The notes under the pieces: generated by a model
The model's database searches: none
Told to the model about the DNA's origin: nothing
Seen by the model: the letters and a program-made list of their open reading frames with translations, nothing else
Translations under genes and position numbers: made by a program
Assembly (NCBI RefSeq): GCF_000017305.1
Contig: NC_009664.2
Location: 3,240,001-3,272,000, forward strand
DNA: 32,000 bases
Direction: 5' to 3'
Source: Kineococcus radiotolerans SRS30216 = ATCC BAA-149
Lineage (GTDB): Bacteria; Actinomycetota; Actinomycetes; Actinomycetales; Kineococcaceae
In this document: piece by piece, positions 1 through 8,145 of the stretch
How the letters are laid out: each line of letters begins with the position of its first letter
Position numbering within the stretch: position 1 is the stretch's first letter

Positions 1-127
1 CGACAAGCTGGACTACATCAAGGCCGTCGTGCGCCTGGCCACCGAGCGCGCCGACATCGGACCGGACCTGCGCGAGTGGCTCGGCGAGTACGTCGCCTCC
101 GGCGCGGGCGCGAGCACCTCGGCGTGA
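1..127 (+). CDS. galU: UTP-glucose-1-phosphate uridylyltransferase, 3' end (5' part outside window)
   Basis: Reading from nt 2 gives DKLDYIKAVVRLATERADIGPDLREWLGEYVASGAGASTSA, ending at TGA 125-127. This fits the GalU C-terminal pattern (DKLG/DY-x-KA ... WL). Its position directly upstream of moeA matches actinobacterial galU-moeA synteny. Confidence 0.6.
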   Translation, partial: DKLDYIKAVVRLATERADIGPDLREWLGEYVASGAGASTSA

Positions 128-161
128 CCGGCCGCGGGCGCGGTGGCGCGACGGGCCCGGG

Positions 162-1451
162 GTGCCCCGACGTGACAACCTTCCGGGTGTGAGCGTCGAG
201 ACCCTGACCACCGTCGCGGCCCACCGCCAGGCCTGCCTGGACCTGGTGCGCCCGCTGCCGCCGCTGGACCTGGCGCTGCGCGACGCCCTCGGCTGCGTGC
301 TGGCCGAGGACGTCGTCAGCCCCCGGGCCCTGCCCGCCTTCGACAACTCCGGCATGGACGGCTACGCCGTGCGGCTGCGCGACGTCGAGGGCGCCGGCGA
401 GGACGCCCCGGTGGGGCTGCCGGTCGTCTCCGACATCGCCGCCGGGCGGGCCGACGCGGTGCGCCTCACCGGCGGGACGACGGCCCGGATCATGACCGGG
501 GCGCCCGTCCCGGCCGGTGCCGAGGCCGTCGTGCCCGTGGAATGGACCGACCGCGGCGTGTCCCACGTGCTCATCCGGCGCGTCCCCTCCCCGGGGCAGC
601 ACATCCGCCGCGCGGGCGAGGACGTCGACGCGGGGACCCTCGTCCTCGAAGCCGGCACGCGGCTGGCCCCCCGCCACATCGGGGTCCTCGCCGCCCTGGG
701 CCGGGCCCGCGTGCGGGTCCGCCCGCGCCCGCGCGTCGTCGTCGTCTCCACCGGCACCGAGGTCGTCGAACCCGGTGCCGCGCTCGCCCGGGGGCAGCTG
801 CACGACGCCAACGGCTACCTGCTGACCGCGGCCGCGGAGGAGGTCGGGGCCCTGGCCTACCGGGTGGGCGTCGTCGCCGACGACGCCCGCGAGCTCGCGG
901 CCGTCCTCGACGACCAGCTCGTGCGCGCCGACGTCGTCCTCACCTCCGGCGGGGTCAGCGAAGGCGCCTACGACACCGTCAAGGAGGTCCTCTCCGGACC
1001 CGGCGCCCACGCCGTGCGCTTCGACCGCGTCGCGGTGCAGCCGGGGATGCCGCAGGGGTGCGGGACGCTGGGGGAGGCCGGGGTCCCCGTCTTCACCCTG
1101 CCCGGCAACCCCGTGAGCGCGTTCGTCTCCTTCGAGGTGTTCGTCCGGCCCGCGCTGCGCCGCATGCTGGGCGCGGAGGGCCCCGACCCCGAGCGCCCGC
1201 GCGTGCGGGCCCTGGCCGGGGCCGCGTGGACCTCCCCGCCCGCCAAGGAGCAGTACGTGCGCGCGGCCTGGACCCGCGACGCGCAGGGCCGGCTGGTGGT
1301 GGAACCGGTGTCCGGGCACGGGTCGCACCTGGTGACCGGGCTGGCGCGGGCGACGTGCCTGGTGGTCGTGCCGGTCGGGGTCGCCGCGGTGGAACCCGGC
1401 GACGAGGTCGAGTGCGTCCTGCTCGGGCCGCTGCCGGTGGAGGACCTGTGA
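162..1451 (+). CDS. moeA: molybdopterin molybdenumtransferase MoeA
   Basis: 429-aa ORF with the MoeA N-terminal signature (PAFDNSGMDGYAVR), the TGAPVP motif, and the MoCF-binding domain (VVVSTGTE...SGGVSEGAYD, LPGNPVSA). The true start may be GTG 189 (VSVETLTT) rather than 162. Confidence 0.9.
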   Translation: MPRRDNLPGVSVETLTTVAAHRQACLDLVRPLPPLDLALRDALGCVLAEDVVSPRALPAFDNSGMDGYAVRLRDVEGAGEDAPVGLPVVSDIAAGRADAVRLTGGTTARIMTGAPVPAGAEAVVPVEWTDRGVSHVLIRRVPSPGQHIRRAGEDVDAGTLVLEAGTRLAPRHIGVLAALGRARVRVRPRPRVVVVSTGTEVVEPGAALARGQLHDANGYLLTAAAEEVGALAYRVGVVADDARELAAVLDDQLVRADVVLTSGGVSEGAYDTVKEVLSGPGAHAVRFDRVAVQPGMPQGCGTLGEAGVPVFTLPGNPVSAFVSFEVFVRPALRRMLGAEGPDPERPRVRALAGAAWTSPPAKEQYVRAAWTRDAQGRLVVEPVSGHGSHLVTGLARATCLVVVPVGVAAVEPGDEVECVLLGPLPVEDL

Positions 1452-1924
1452 GCGAGCGCCTGACCCACCTCGACGCCGCCGGGCACGCGCGGATGGTCGA
1501 CGTCTCGGCGAAGCCGGTGACCGCGCGCGAGGCCCGCGCCGAGGGGTACGTGCGCTGCTCGCGGGCCGTGCTCGACCTCGTGGCCGAGGGCGGGCTGCCC
1601 AAGGGCGACGCCCTCGCCGTGGCGCGGATCGCCGGTCTGCAGGCGGCCAAGCGCACCCCGGACCTGATCCCGCTGGCCCACCCCGTCGCCGTGCACGCCG
1701 TGGAGGTCGACGTCGTCCCCGTCGAGGACGGGGTGCGCATCACCGCCGCCGTCCGCACCGCGGACCGCACGGGCATCGAGATGGAGGCGTTGACCTGCGT
1801 CGTGGTGGCGGGGCTGACGTTCGTGGACATGGTCAAGGCCGTCGACCGGCGCACCGTCCTCGACGGGGTGCGGGTGACCGCCAAGAGCGGGGGACGGTCG
1901 GGGGACTGGAGCGTCGATGAGTGA
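1448..1924 (+). CDS. moaC: cyclic pyranopterin monophosphate synthase MoaC
   Basis: Starts at GTG 1448, overlapping the moeA TGA (GTGA). The translation VSERLTHLDAAGHARMVDVSAKPVTAREA...IPLAHP...GIEMEALT is a typical MoaC. The longer track ORF 542..1924 is an Arg/Pro-rich upstream extension in the same frame. Confidence 0.9.
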   Translation: MSERLTHLDAAGHARMVDVSAKPVTAREARAEGYVRCSRAVLDLVAEGGLPKGDALAVARIAGLQAAKRTPDLIPLAHPVAVHAVEVDVVPVEDGVRITAAVRTADRTGIEMEALTCVVVAGLTFVDMVKAVDRRTVLDGVRVTAKSGGRSGDWSVDE

Positions 1925-2420
1925 ACCCACCGCCCTCGTGGTGACGGTGTCCAACCGCGCCTCGGCCGGGGTGTACGCCGACACCTCCGGGCCGATCGTG
2001 GTGGACGGGTTGCGGGACGCCGGGTTCAGCGTCGACGGCCCGCTCGTCGTCCCCGACGGCGATCCCGTCGAGGAGGCCCTGCGCGACGCCGTCGCGGCCG
2101 GCTACGACGTCGTCGTCACCAACGGCGGCACGGGTCTCAGCCCCCTGGACCTCACCCCCGAGCGCACCCGCCGGGTCCTGGACTACGAGGTCCCCGGTGT
2201 GCCGGAGGCGATCCGCGCCGCGGGAGCGGCCGCCGGGGTCGCCACCTCGGTGCTCTCGCGCGGCACCGCCGGCGTCGCGGGCCGGACCTTCGTCGTGAAC
2301 CTGCCCGGTTCCCCGGGCGGGTGCCGCGACGGGGTGGCCGTGCTGCGGGGTTTCCTGCGCCACGCCGTCGACCAGGTCCACGGGGGCGACCACGCCCGTC
2401 CCGGCGGGGGCGGCGCGTGA
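1917..2420 (+). CDS. mog: MogA/MoaB family molybdenum cofactor biosynthesis protein
   Basis: 167 aa with VVTVSNRAS...DVVVTNGGTGLSPLDLTPE...VNLPGSPGG, the MoCF-biosynthesis domain. ATG 1917 overlaps the moaC stop (ATGAGTGA). Confidence 0.85.
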   Translation: MSEPTALVVTVSNRASAGVYADTSGPIVVDGLRDAGFSVDGPLVVPDGDPVEEALRDAVAAGYDVVVTNGGTGLSPLDLTPERTRRVLDYEVPGVPEAIRAAGAAAGVATSVLSRGTAGVAGRTFVVNLPGSPGGCRDGVAVLRGFLRHAVDQVHGGDHARPGGGGA

Positions 2421-3019
2421 CGCCGAGCTGGCCCGTCGAACTGCGCGAGGGACCGGTCCGGCTGCGGCCGCTGCGCCGCGGCGACGCCGCGACCTGGCGG
2501 CGGGTGCGGGCGGCGAACGCCGCGTGGCTGCGCCCGTGGGAGGCGACCAGCCCCGAGGGCAGCGGCCCCGCACCCACGTTCGCGCAGATGGTCCGGGGTT
2601 TCTCCCGCGAGGCGCGGGCGGGACGGATGCTGCCCTTCGTCGTGGAGCTCGACGGGAACCTCGTCGGGCAGATCACCGTCTCCGGCATCACCTGGGGTTC
2701 GCTGCGCTCCGCGCACATCGGGTACTGGATCGACCAGCGCGTCGCCGGGCGCGGCACGATCCCCGTCGCGCTGGCCCTGGTGGGCGACCACTGCTTCCGG
2801 GTCCTCCGGCTGCACCGCATCGAGGTCAACATCCGGCCCGAGAACGCGGCCTCGCTGCGGGTCGCGGAGAAGCTCGGGATGCGCGACGAGGGACTGCGCA
2901 AGGCGTTCCTGCACATCGACGGCTCCTGGCGGGACCACCGGACGTTCGCGCTGACGACCGAGGAGGTCCCGGAGGGGTTGCTCACCCGCTACCGGACCTC
3001 CCGCACCACCCGCGGATAA
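2417..3019 (+). CDS. rimJ: GNAT family N-acetyltransferase, RimJ-like
   Basis: GTG 2417 overlaps the mog TGA (GTGA). The translation VRLRPLRRGDAATW...GYWIDQRVAGRGT...LHRIEVNIRPENAASLRVAEKLGMRDEG is a RimJ/RimL-type acetyltransferase. Position after moeA matches the rimJ synteny. The track ORF start at 2321 is an Arg-rich extension. Confidence 0.8.
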   Translation: MTPSWPVELREGPVRLRPLRRGDAATWRRVRAANAAWLRPWEATSPEGSGPAPTFAQMVRGFSREARAGRMLPFVVELDGNLVGQITVSGITWGSLRSAHIGYWIDQRVAGRGTIPVALALVGDHCFRVLRLHRIEVNIRPENAASLRVAEKLGMRDEGLRKAFLHIDGSWRDHRTFALTTEEVPEGLLTRYRTSRTTRG

Positions 3020-3105
3020 CCCGCGCGCGGCCCGCGCGCAACCGCACCGCGCGACACGCCCGGCGCGTCCGCGATCTCGATGTGGCGTGGCCCTACGGTT
3101 GCGCC

Positions 3106-3912
3106 GTGCCCGCCAGCAGCCTGATCTTCCTCGTCATCGTCGTCCTGTGGGCCGCCTACCTCGTGCCCAACGCGATCCGGAAGCACCGGCGCACGGCGTC
3201 GGCGCGCCAGGCGGACCGGGACTCGCAGGCGATGCGGGTGGTCGTGCGCCGCGGTTCCGCACCGGTGGGTTCCGCGCTCGCGGCGGCTGCCGTGAACGCC
3301 GCCTCCGCGCACGCCGTGGCGGGGTCCTCCAGCCGCCCGGTCCTCGGCCCGGGCCCGCGCGCCCTGCCGGGGGCCGCACCGGTCCCGGCCCGGGTGCCCG
3401 CACCGGCCCCGGTCCGCACCACCTCCGCCGTGGTCCGGCGCCGTCGCCGGCTGCTGGCGAGCGTCGCGGCGCTGACCGCCCTCGGCTGGGCGGCGGTCGC
3501 GCTGGTGTCGGCGCCCTGGGGTGTCGGCGCGCTGCCGACGCTGGGGCTGCTGCTCGTCGTCGCCGTCCTCTCCCGCCACGGCGCGGCCCGCGCGGCGCGC
3601 CCGGTCGCCCCGGCCGCGGCGCGGTTCCCCGAGGCCCGGCCGACGCCGCGGGTGGTCCGCCCCGCCGCTCGCGCCCCCCGCACCGCCCCCGCCGCGGTGC
3701 CCGGGCCGCGCGAGGAGCGCACCTCCCCGCTGGCCGGGGACCGCAGCTGGCAGCCGGTGGCGGTCCCGCTGCCGACGTACCTGCTCAAGGACAAGGCGCC
3801 CTACGCGGTCCCGCCGCTGCCGGCGGTCGCCCTGGTCCCCGGGGTGGACGAGGACGACGTGCCCACCCGGGTGATCGACCTCCGTGATCACGTGCGCGTC
3901 GTCAACCAGTAG
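3106..3912 (+). CDS. conserved actinobacterial membrane protein, Ala/Pro/Arg-rich, function unknown
   Basis: In the frame of track ORF 2524..3912. There is an N-terminal TM helix (SSLIFLVIVVLWAAYLVPNAI), a second hydrophobic block (LLASVAALTALGWAAVALVSAPWGVGALPTLGLLLVVAVL) and a C-terminal SWQPVAVPLPTYLLKDKAPYAVPP. The start is GTG 3106 or GTG 3082 and is not resolved. Its position resembles Rv0996-type genes. Confidence 0.6.
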   Translation: MPASSLIFLVIVVLWAAYLVPNAIRKHRRTASARQADRDSQAMRVVVRRGSAPVGSALAAAAVNAASAHAVAGSSSRPVLGPGPRALPGAAPVPARVPAPAPVRTTSAVVRRRRRLLASVAALTALGWAAVALVSAPWGVGALPTLGLLLVVAVLSRHGAARAARPVAPAAARFPEARPTPRVVRPAARAPRTAPAAVPGPREERTSPLAGDRSWQPVAVPLPTYLLKDKAPYAVPPLPAVALVPGVDEDDVPTRVIDLRDHVRVVNQ

Positions 3913-3981
3913 CGCCGGGGGCTGGTAACCTCTTCTCCGTTGCCGCGTCGTCCCGGGTACGGGTCCGGCGCGCGACGGCAA

Positions 3982-4056
<75 letters not shown>

Positions 4057-4063
4057 CTTCGAA

Positions 4064-4104
4064 AGAGGCCCTCACCGGTGTCCCGGTGGGGGCCTCTGCT
4101 GTTT
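4064..4104 (+). terminator. strong stem-loop terminator downstream of tRNA-Ala
   Basis: AGAGGCCCTCACCGG-TGTC-CCGGTGGGGGCCTCT forms a 15-bp stem (4064-4078 with 4083-4097) with one G-U pair and a 4-nt loop. It is followed by GCTGTTTCC. Confidence 0.75.
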
Positions 4105-4151
4105 CCTGCGCTGGTGGCCGATAGAGTTCGTCCCGTCGCGGAGAGCGAGGA

Positions 4152-5189
4152 TTGTCCCCTGTCGTGAGGAGCAGCTGCGTGGAGACCCAAGATCCGGCGC
4201 CCGTCAGCACGACCGCGCTGGTTGAGGGCCTGCGGGCGCGCCTGCTCGATGTGGTCGCGGAGCTGGGGCTGGGCTCCCGTCCCTGGACGGTCGTCGACTA
4301 CCCCAACCACCTCAACTGCGGTGACGCAGCGCTCTACCTGGGCCTCGAGAACATCGCTGCCTCCGTGGGTGCACCCGTCCTGCGGGTCCTAGACCGGTCC
4401 TCCTACCGGCCCCAGCACCTCGACCCCGGCTCCCTCATCGTGCTCCAGGCCGGCGGCAACTGGGGCGGCCTGTACCCGACGCACCACCGCCTGCGGGTCC
4501 GCCTGCTCGGCGACAGCCGCGGTCGTGACGTCCTGCAGCTGCCGCAGTCCATCCAGTACGCGGACGAGCACCACCGCGAGGAGCTCCGGCGGGCCGTGGC
4601 CGAGCACGGTCGTACGACGCTCCTGGTCCGGGACCAGCGCAGTTACGACATCGCCGTCCGCGACTACGACTGCCCGGTGTTCCTGGCTCCCGACGCCGCG
4701 TTCGCCCTGGGCACCATGGAGCGTCTTGCGCCGCGCACGCCGTTGCGTCTGCAGGTACGCACCGACAAGGAGGGCAACGCGCCTGCGGACCTCGCCCTCG
4801 ACGGTGAGGTCTTCGACTGGCTCACGGCCCGACGCGGCTCGCTGTCCTGGACGACCTGGCAGGCGATGATGGCCGTCAACCGGCTGCAGCGGTTGCCGCT
4901 GGGCGCCGCGGCGCGGGTGGCCACCGTTCGCGCCGCCCACGACCTGGCGCGGCACAGCGTCCTGCGGGCCCGCGACCTGCTGTCGGCCGGCGAGGTCGTG
5001 GTGACGGACCGCCTGCACGGTCACATCCTCTGCACCCTGCTCTCCATCCCGCACGTCGTCGTGGACGACAAGTTCGGCAAGATCAGCGCTCTGCGGAACA
5101 CCTGGACGTCGATGGACCGCGGTCACCGCTTCGCTGCGGACTGGACCGAGGTCACCGCGGCGGTCGATGACCTCCGTCGCTCCCGGTGA
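4152..5189 (+). CDS. polysaccharide pyruvyl transferase family protein
   Basis: 345-aa ORF with the family hallmarks: the N-terminal NCGDAALYLG motif, QAGGNWGG, and the C-terminal VVTDRLHGHILCTLLSIPHVVVD motif. The start is TTG 4152 or GTG 4164 and is uncertain. Confidence 0.8.
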   Translation: MSPVVRSSCVETQDPAPVSTTALVEGLRARLLDVVAELGLGSRPWTVVDYPNHLNCGDAALYLGLENIAASVGAPVLRVLDRSSYRPQHLDPGSLIVLQAGGNWGGLYPTHHRLRVRLLGDSRGRDVLQLPQSIQYADEHHREELRRAVAEHGRTTLLVRDQRSYDIAVRDYDCPVFLAPDAAFALGTMERLAPRTPLRLQVRTDKEGNAPADLALDGEVFDWLTARRGSLSWTTWQAMMAVNRLQRLPLGAAARVATVRAAHDLARHSVLRARDLLSAGEVVVTDRLHGHILCTLLSIPHVVVDDKFGKISALRNTWTSMDRGHRFAADWTEVTAAVDDLRRSR

Positions 5190-6316
5190 ACGGACTGTCA
5201 GGTGCGCCGGTGATCAGAAGGATCGCGGTCGTCGCCCTGGGTGGCCTCCGTCGCGGTGCCGTGGCCTCGCTCGCCCGACGTGACGCGGAGTTCGCCGCCG
5301 CGCAGGGGGACCAAGTCACCCTCGTCGCCCTCGGCGGGCGGGAGGAACCCCTCTCGCTGCCCAGCGGTGTCCGGATCGTCCGTGTGGGCGGGCCCCTGCC
5401 GAAGACGGCCCGTCACCTGCGGCGGCGTGCCGCGGGGTTGTCCCGACTCCTGGAGCTCGTCGCGGCGGCACCCGCGATCGGTGCGGTGGTCCGCAGCCAC
5501 GACGTCGTCGTCTCCCACGGCGGCCTCGAGGCGGCGCTCGCGTCGACGCTGCCAGGCCGGGCTCGCACCGTCTTCCGGATGCACAACTACCAGGCCGGGG
5601 TGGCCGCCGCAGGCCGTTCCTACCGGCGTGGTGAACGCTGGCTCTTCGCGGTGGCCGACCGGGTGGGGGTGCGCCGCTCGAACGCCGTCGTCGCGGTGTC
5701 AGCCACCCTGGCGGACCAGGTGGCCCGGGGTGCGGGGCGACGGCCCGAGGTGGCGATCAACGGGCTCACTCCCGCCGCGACGCCGGACGTCGACGCCCCC
5801 CGCGACGTCGACGTCCTGTTCGTAGGCCGACTGGTGGCGGAGAAGGGTGTTCGGCTGCTGCCTGACCTGGCCGGAGTGCTGCGGGAGGGGGAGACCCTCG
5901 TGGTCGCGGGCCAAGGGGTGCTCGGAGCCGACCTCGCGCGCACCCTGGCGCCGAGCCCCCGGGCGCGGTTGCTCGGGGAGGTCCCGGCGCACCAGGTCCC
6001 CTCGCTGATGGCGCGTGCCAAGATCGTCGTCGTGCCCTCGCTCGACGAGCCGTACGGCATGGTCGTCGTGGAGGCGCTGACGGCGGGTGCCTGCGTGGTT
6101 GCCAGCGCTGTGGGCGGCATCCCCGAGATCCTGGCCGACGGTGAGGGCGGCCGGCTCCTGCCGCCAGGTGCCACCGCAGCGTGGCGCGCGGAGGTGCGAC
6201 GGTTGCTCGACGACCCCACTGCGCGGAAGGCGCTGGTGGCTGCGGGGCGGCAGCACGCCGCACGGCACGACGAGAGCAAGACGCTTCCGGCCCTGCACGG
6301 CGTTTACGCCGGGTAG
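5186..6316 (+). CDS. glycosyltransferase family 4 (GT-B)
   Basis: GTG 5186 overlaps the upstream TGA (GTGA). The C-terminal domain reads FVGRLVAEKG...VVPSLDEPYGMVVVEALTAGACVVASAVGGIPEIL, which is an E-x7-E type GT4 motif. Confidence 0.85.
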   Translation: MNGLSGAPVIRRIAVVALGGLRRGAVASLARRDAEFAAAQGDQVTLVALGGREEPLSLPSGVRIVRVGGPLPKTARHLRRRAAGLSRLLELVAAAPAIGAVVRSHDVVVSHGGLEAALASTLPGRARTVFRMHNYQAGVAAAGRSYRRGERWLFAVADRVGVRRSNAVVAVSATLADQVARGAGRRPEVAINGLTPAATPDVDAPRDVDVLFVGRLVAEKGVRLLPDLAGVLREGETLVVAGQGVLGADLARTLAPSPRARLLGEVPAHQVPSLMARAKIVVVPSLDEPYGMVVVEALTAGACVVASAVGGIPEILADGEGGRLLPPGATAAWRAEVRRLLDDPTARKALVAAGRQHAARHDESKTLPALHGVYAG

Positions 6317-6526
6317 GAGCGACACTCGGGGCAGGACTTCGAGATCTGTGGCTGCAGGTGACCAATCGTGGACCAGCCGTGGAGGTATTGCGGCGAACGG
6401 GTGATGGGCCGCTACGATAGGTACTGTCAGGTCACCAGCCGTGAACGCAGGCTGCTCATGGGCCGCTCGGCGGGCCTGACATCCACGCCGTCGTGGACTT
6501 TCTGCAGGACGACCGACGGGGGAGCC

Positions 6527-8083
6527 ATGGCTGCGGACGAAGTGCGACTGGTGCCGGTTCAACAGCGCAGGACCCTCGGTGGCGCCGCGCCCACCGGCGA
6601 GCGCCCCACGGGGGTCTCGCAGTCGCTGCTGCCCGGTCGACGCCACCGCACGTCCCGGTCCTCGGGGCGCCGGGCGGTCTGGCAGCGCGAGTACGTCCGG
6701 GCCATCGTCGTCGGCGACGGCCTGGCCGCCCTGTTGGGCGCCCTGATCGGCTGGGTGGTGCGGTTCGGCGACACCGCCTCCGCGCAGGGGGCTGCAGGCA
6801 TGTCCGCGTTGATCACGATGACGCTCCTGCCACCCGTGTGGGTCCTGACGATGCTTCTCTTCCGCGCCTACGAACCCCGCTTCCTCGCCGTCGGGTTCGA
6901 GGAGTTCCAGCGGGTCCTGCTGGCCGGGACGACCGTCGTCGCCATGGTGGGAACGGCCTCGTGGGCCCTCCAGCTCGACGTCGCCCGGGGGTTCGTCGTG
7001 GTCGCGCTGCCGGTCGCAGGCTGCCTGACCGTGCTGACCAGGTTCGGCGTTCGGCGCTACCTCCACGTCCGCCGCGCGGCCGGGGAGTGCATGCAGTCCA
7101 CCGTCGTCGCCGGGCACCCCTCGGCCGTTGCCGCTCTCGTGCAGCAGGTGCGTCGGGAGACGAACCACGGACTCCGGGTCGACGCGGCGTGCACCCCGGG
7201 GGGCGAGACCGACGCGCAGCTCGATGCGCTCGGCGTTCCCGTGCTCGGGAACCTCGAGCAGATCGCCGGCGTCGCCGAGGCGCTGGACGCCGACGTCGTC
7301 GCCACCTTGACCTGCCCCGAGCTCGACGGGCCTGTGCTGCGCCGGCTCGGCTGGGAGCTCGAGGGCACCCGCGCGGACATGATCGTCGCGCCCGCCCTCA
7401 CGGACATCGTCGGACCGCGGGTCGTCATCCGCCCCGTGTCCGGGCTGCCCCTGCTGCACGTCGACCGACCCGAACTGCGGGGTGTGCGCCATGCGGGCAA
7501 GGCGTTCTTCGACCGGGGCAGTGCCGCGCTGGGACTCGTCGTCCTCGCGCCGTTGTTCCTCGTCATCGCTGTCGCTGTCAAGCTCGACTCCCGCGGCCCG
7601 GTGTTCTTCCGCCAGACGCGCGTTGGTCGCGACGGCCGGGAGTTCTCCATGGTCAAGTTCCGCTCCATGGTGGTCGATGCGGAGAACCTCCTCATCGATC
7701 TGCGGACGAAGTCCGAGGGGAACGGCCTGCTGTTCAAGATGCGCCGGGATCCGCGAGTCACCCGCGTCGGCTCGCTGCTGCGCCGCTACTCCCTCGACGA
7801 GCTGCCGCAGTTGTTCAACGTGCTGGGCGGCAGCATGTCCCTCGTCGGACCGCGGCCTCCGCTGCCCAAGGAGGTCGCCGAGTACGGGAACGACCTGCGC
7901 CGACGCCTGCTCGTGAAGCCCGGGCTGACGGGCCTGTGGCAGGTCTCCGGCCGCTCCGACCTCGACCTCGATGAGTCGATCCGGCTGGACCTGCAGTACG
8001 TCGAGAACTGGTCGCCCACCTTTGACGTCATGATTCTCGCCAAGACGCTCAAGGCCGTGACCGGCGGTCGCGGGGCCTACTGA
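6527..8083 (+). CDS. polyprenyl-phosphate glycosylphosphotransferase (WbaP/CpsE-type priming sugar transferase)
   Basis: The C-terminal catalytic domain reads KLDSRGPVFFRQTRVGRDGREFSMVKFRSM...DPRVTRVGSLLRRYSLDELPQLFNVLGGSMSLVGPRPPLP...KPGLTGLWQVSGRSDL. Several N-terminal TM segments precede it. The ORF is open from 6368. ATG 6527 (MAADEVRLV) was chosen, but GTG 6368 and ATG 6413 remain possible. Confidence 0.88.
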   Translation: MAADEVRLVPVQQRRTLGGAAPTGERPTGVSQSLLPGRRHRTSRSSGRRAVWQREYVRAIVVGDGLAALLGALIGWVVRFGDTASAQGAAGMSALITMTLLPPVWVLTMLLFRAYEPRFLAVGFEEFQRVLLAGTTVVAMVGTASWALQLDVARGFVVVALPVAGCLTVLTRFGVRRYLHVRRAAGECMQSTVVAGHPSAVAALVQQVRRETNHGLRVDAACTPGGETDAQLDALGVPVLGNLEQIAGVAEALDADVVATLTCPELDGPVLRRLGWELEGTRADMIVAPALTDIVGPRVVIRPVSGLPLLHVDRPELRGVRHAGKAFFDRGSAALGLVVLAPLFLVIAVAVKLDSRGPVFFRQTRVGRDGREFSMVKFRSMVVDAENLLIDLRTKSEGNGLLFKMRRDPRVTRVGSLLRRYSLDELPQLFNVLGGSMSLVGPRPPLPKEVAEYGNDLRRRLLVKPGLTGLWQVSGRSDLDLDESIRLDLQYVENWSPTFDVMILAKTLKAVTGGRGAY

Positions 8084-8145
8084 GATGCGAGGTCACCGCA
8101 CCACCCTGCGGCAAGGGCGGGGCGGTCACCGCGCGGGCAGGACCG

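Noticed and set aside
18-1328. 436-aa minus-strand ORF antisense to moeA; the 149-aa and 102-aa ORFs in the same interval are similar
   Set aside because: Arg/Pro/Gly-rich low-complexity translation with no motifs, lying entirely within the well-supported moeA. This is a typical shadow ORF of high-GC DNA.
542-1447. N-terminal 300 aa of the 460-aa plus ORF that ends as moaC
   Set aside because: The upstream part is Arg/Pro junk overlapping moeA out of frame. The real MoaC begins at GTG 1448, coupled to the moeA stop.
3087-3887. 266-aa ATG-initiated ORF in an alternative frame of the membrane-protein gene; the minus-strand ORFs 2989..4008 and 3156..3794 are similar
   Set aside because: The translations are Arg/Gly/Pro-rich without hydrophobic segments. 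The frame giving clear TM helices (3106..3912) was preferred, although confidence in that gene's exact start is moderate.
5699-7492. 597-aa minus-strand ORF spanning GT4 and the priming transferase
   Set aside because: It is antisense to two genes with unambiguous catalytic motifs, and its composition is dominated by Arg, Gly, Asp, Pro and His.
8096-8125. Possible bidirectional terminator between the convergent priming transferase and wzx; a similar candidate lies at 11927-12009
   Set aside because: Only imperfect stems are present. The 11-bp stem has two mismatches, and the 11927-12009 candidate needs a 5-6 nt bulge. This is too weak to annotate without energy calculations.
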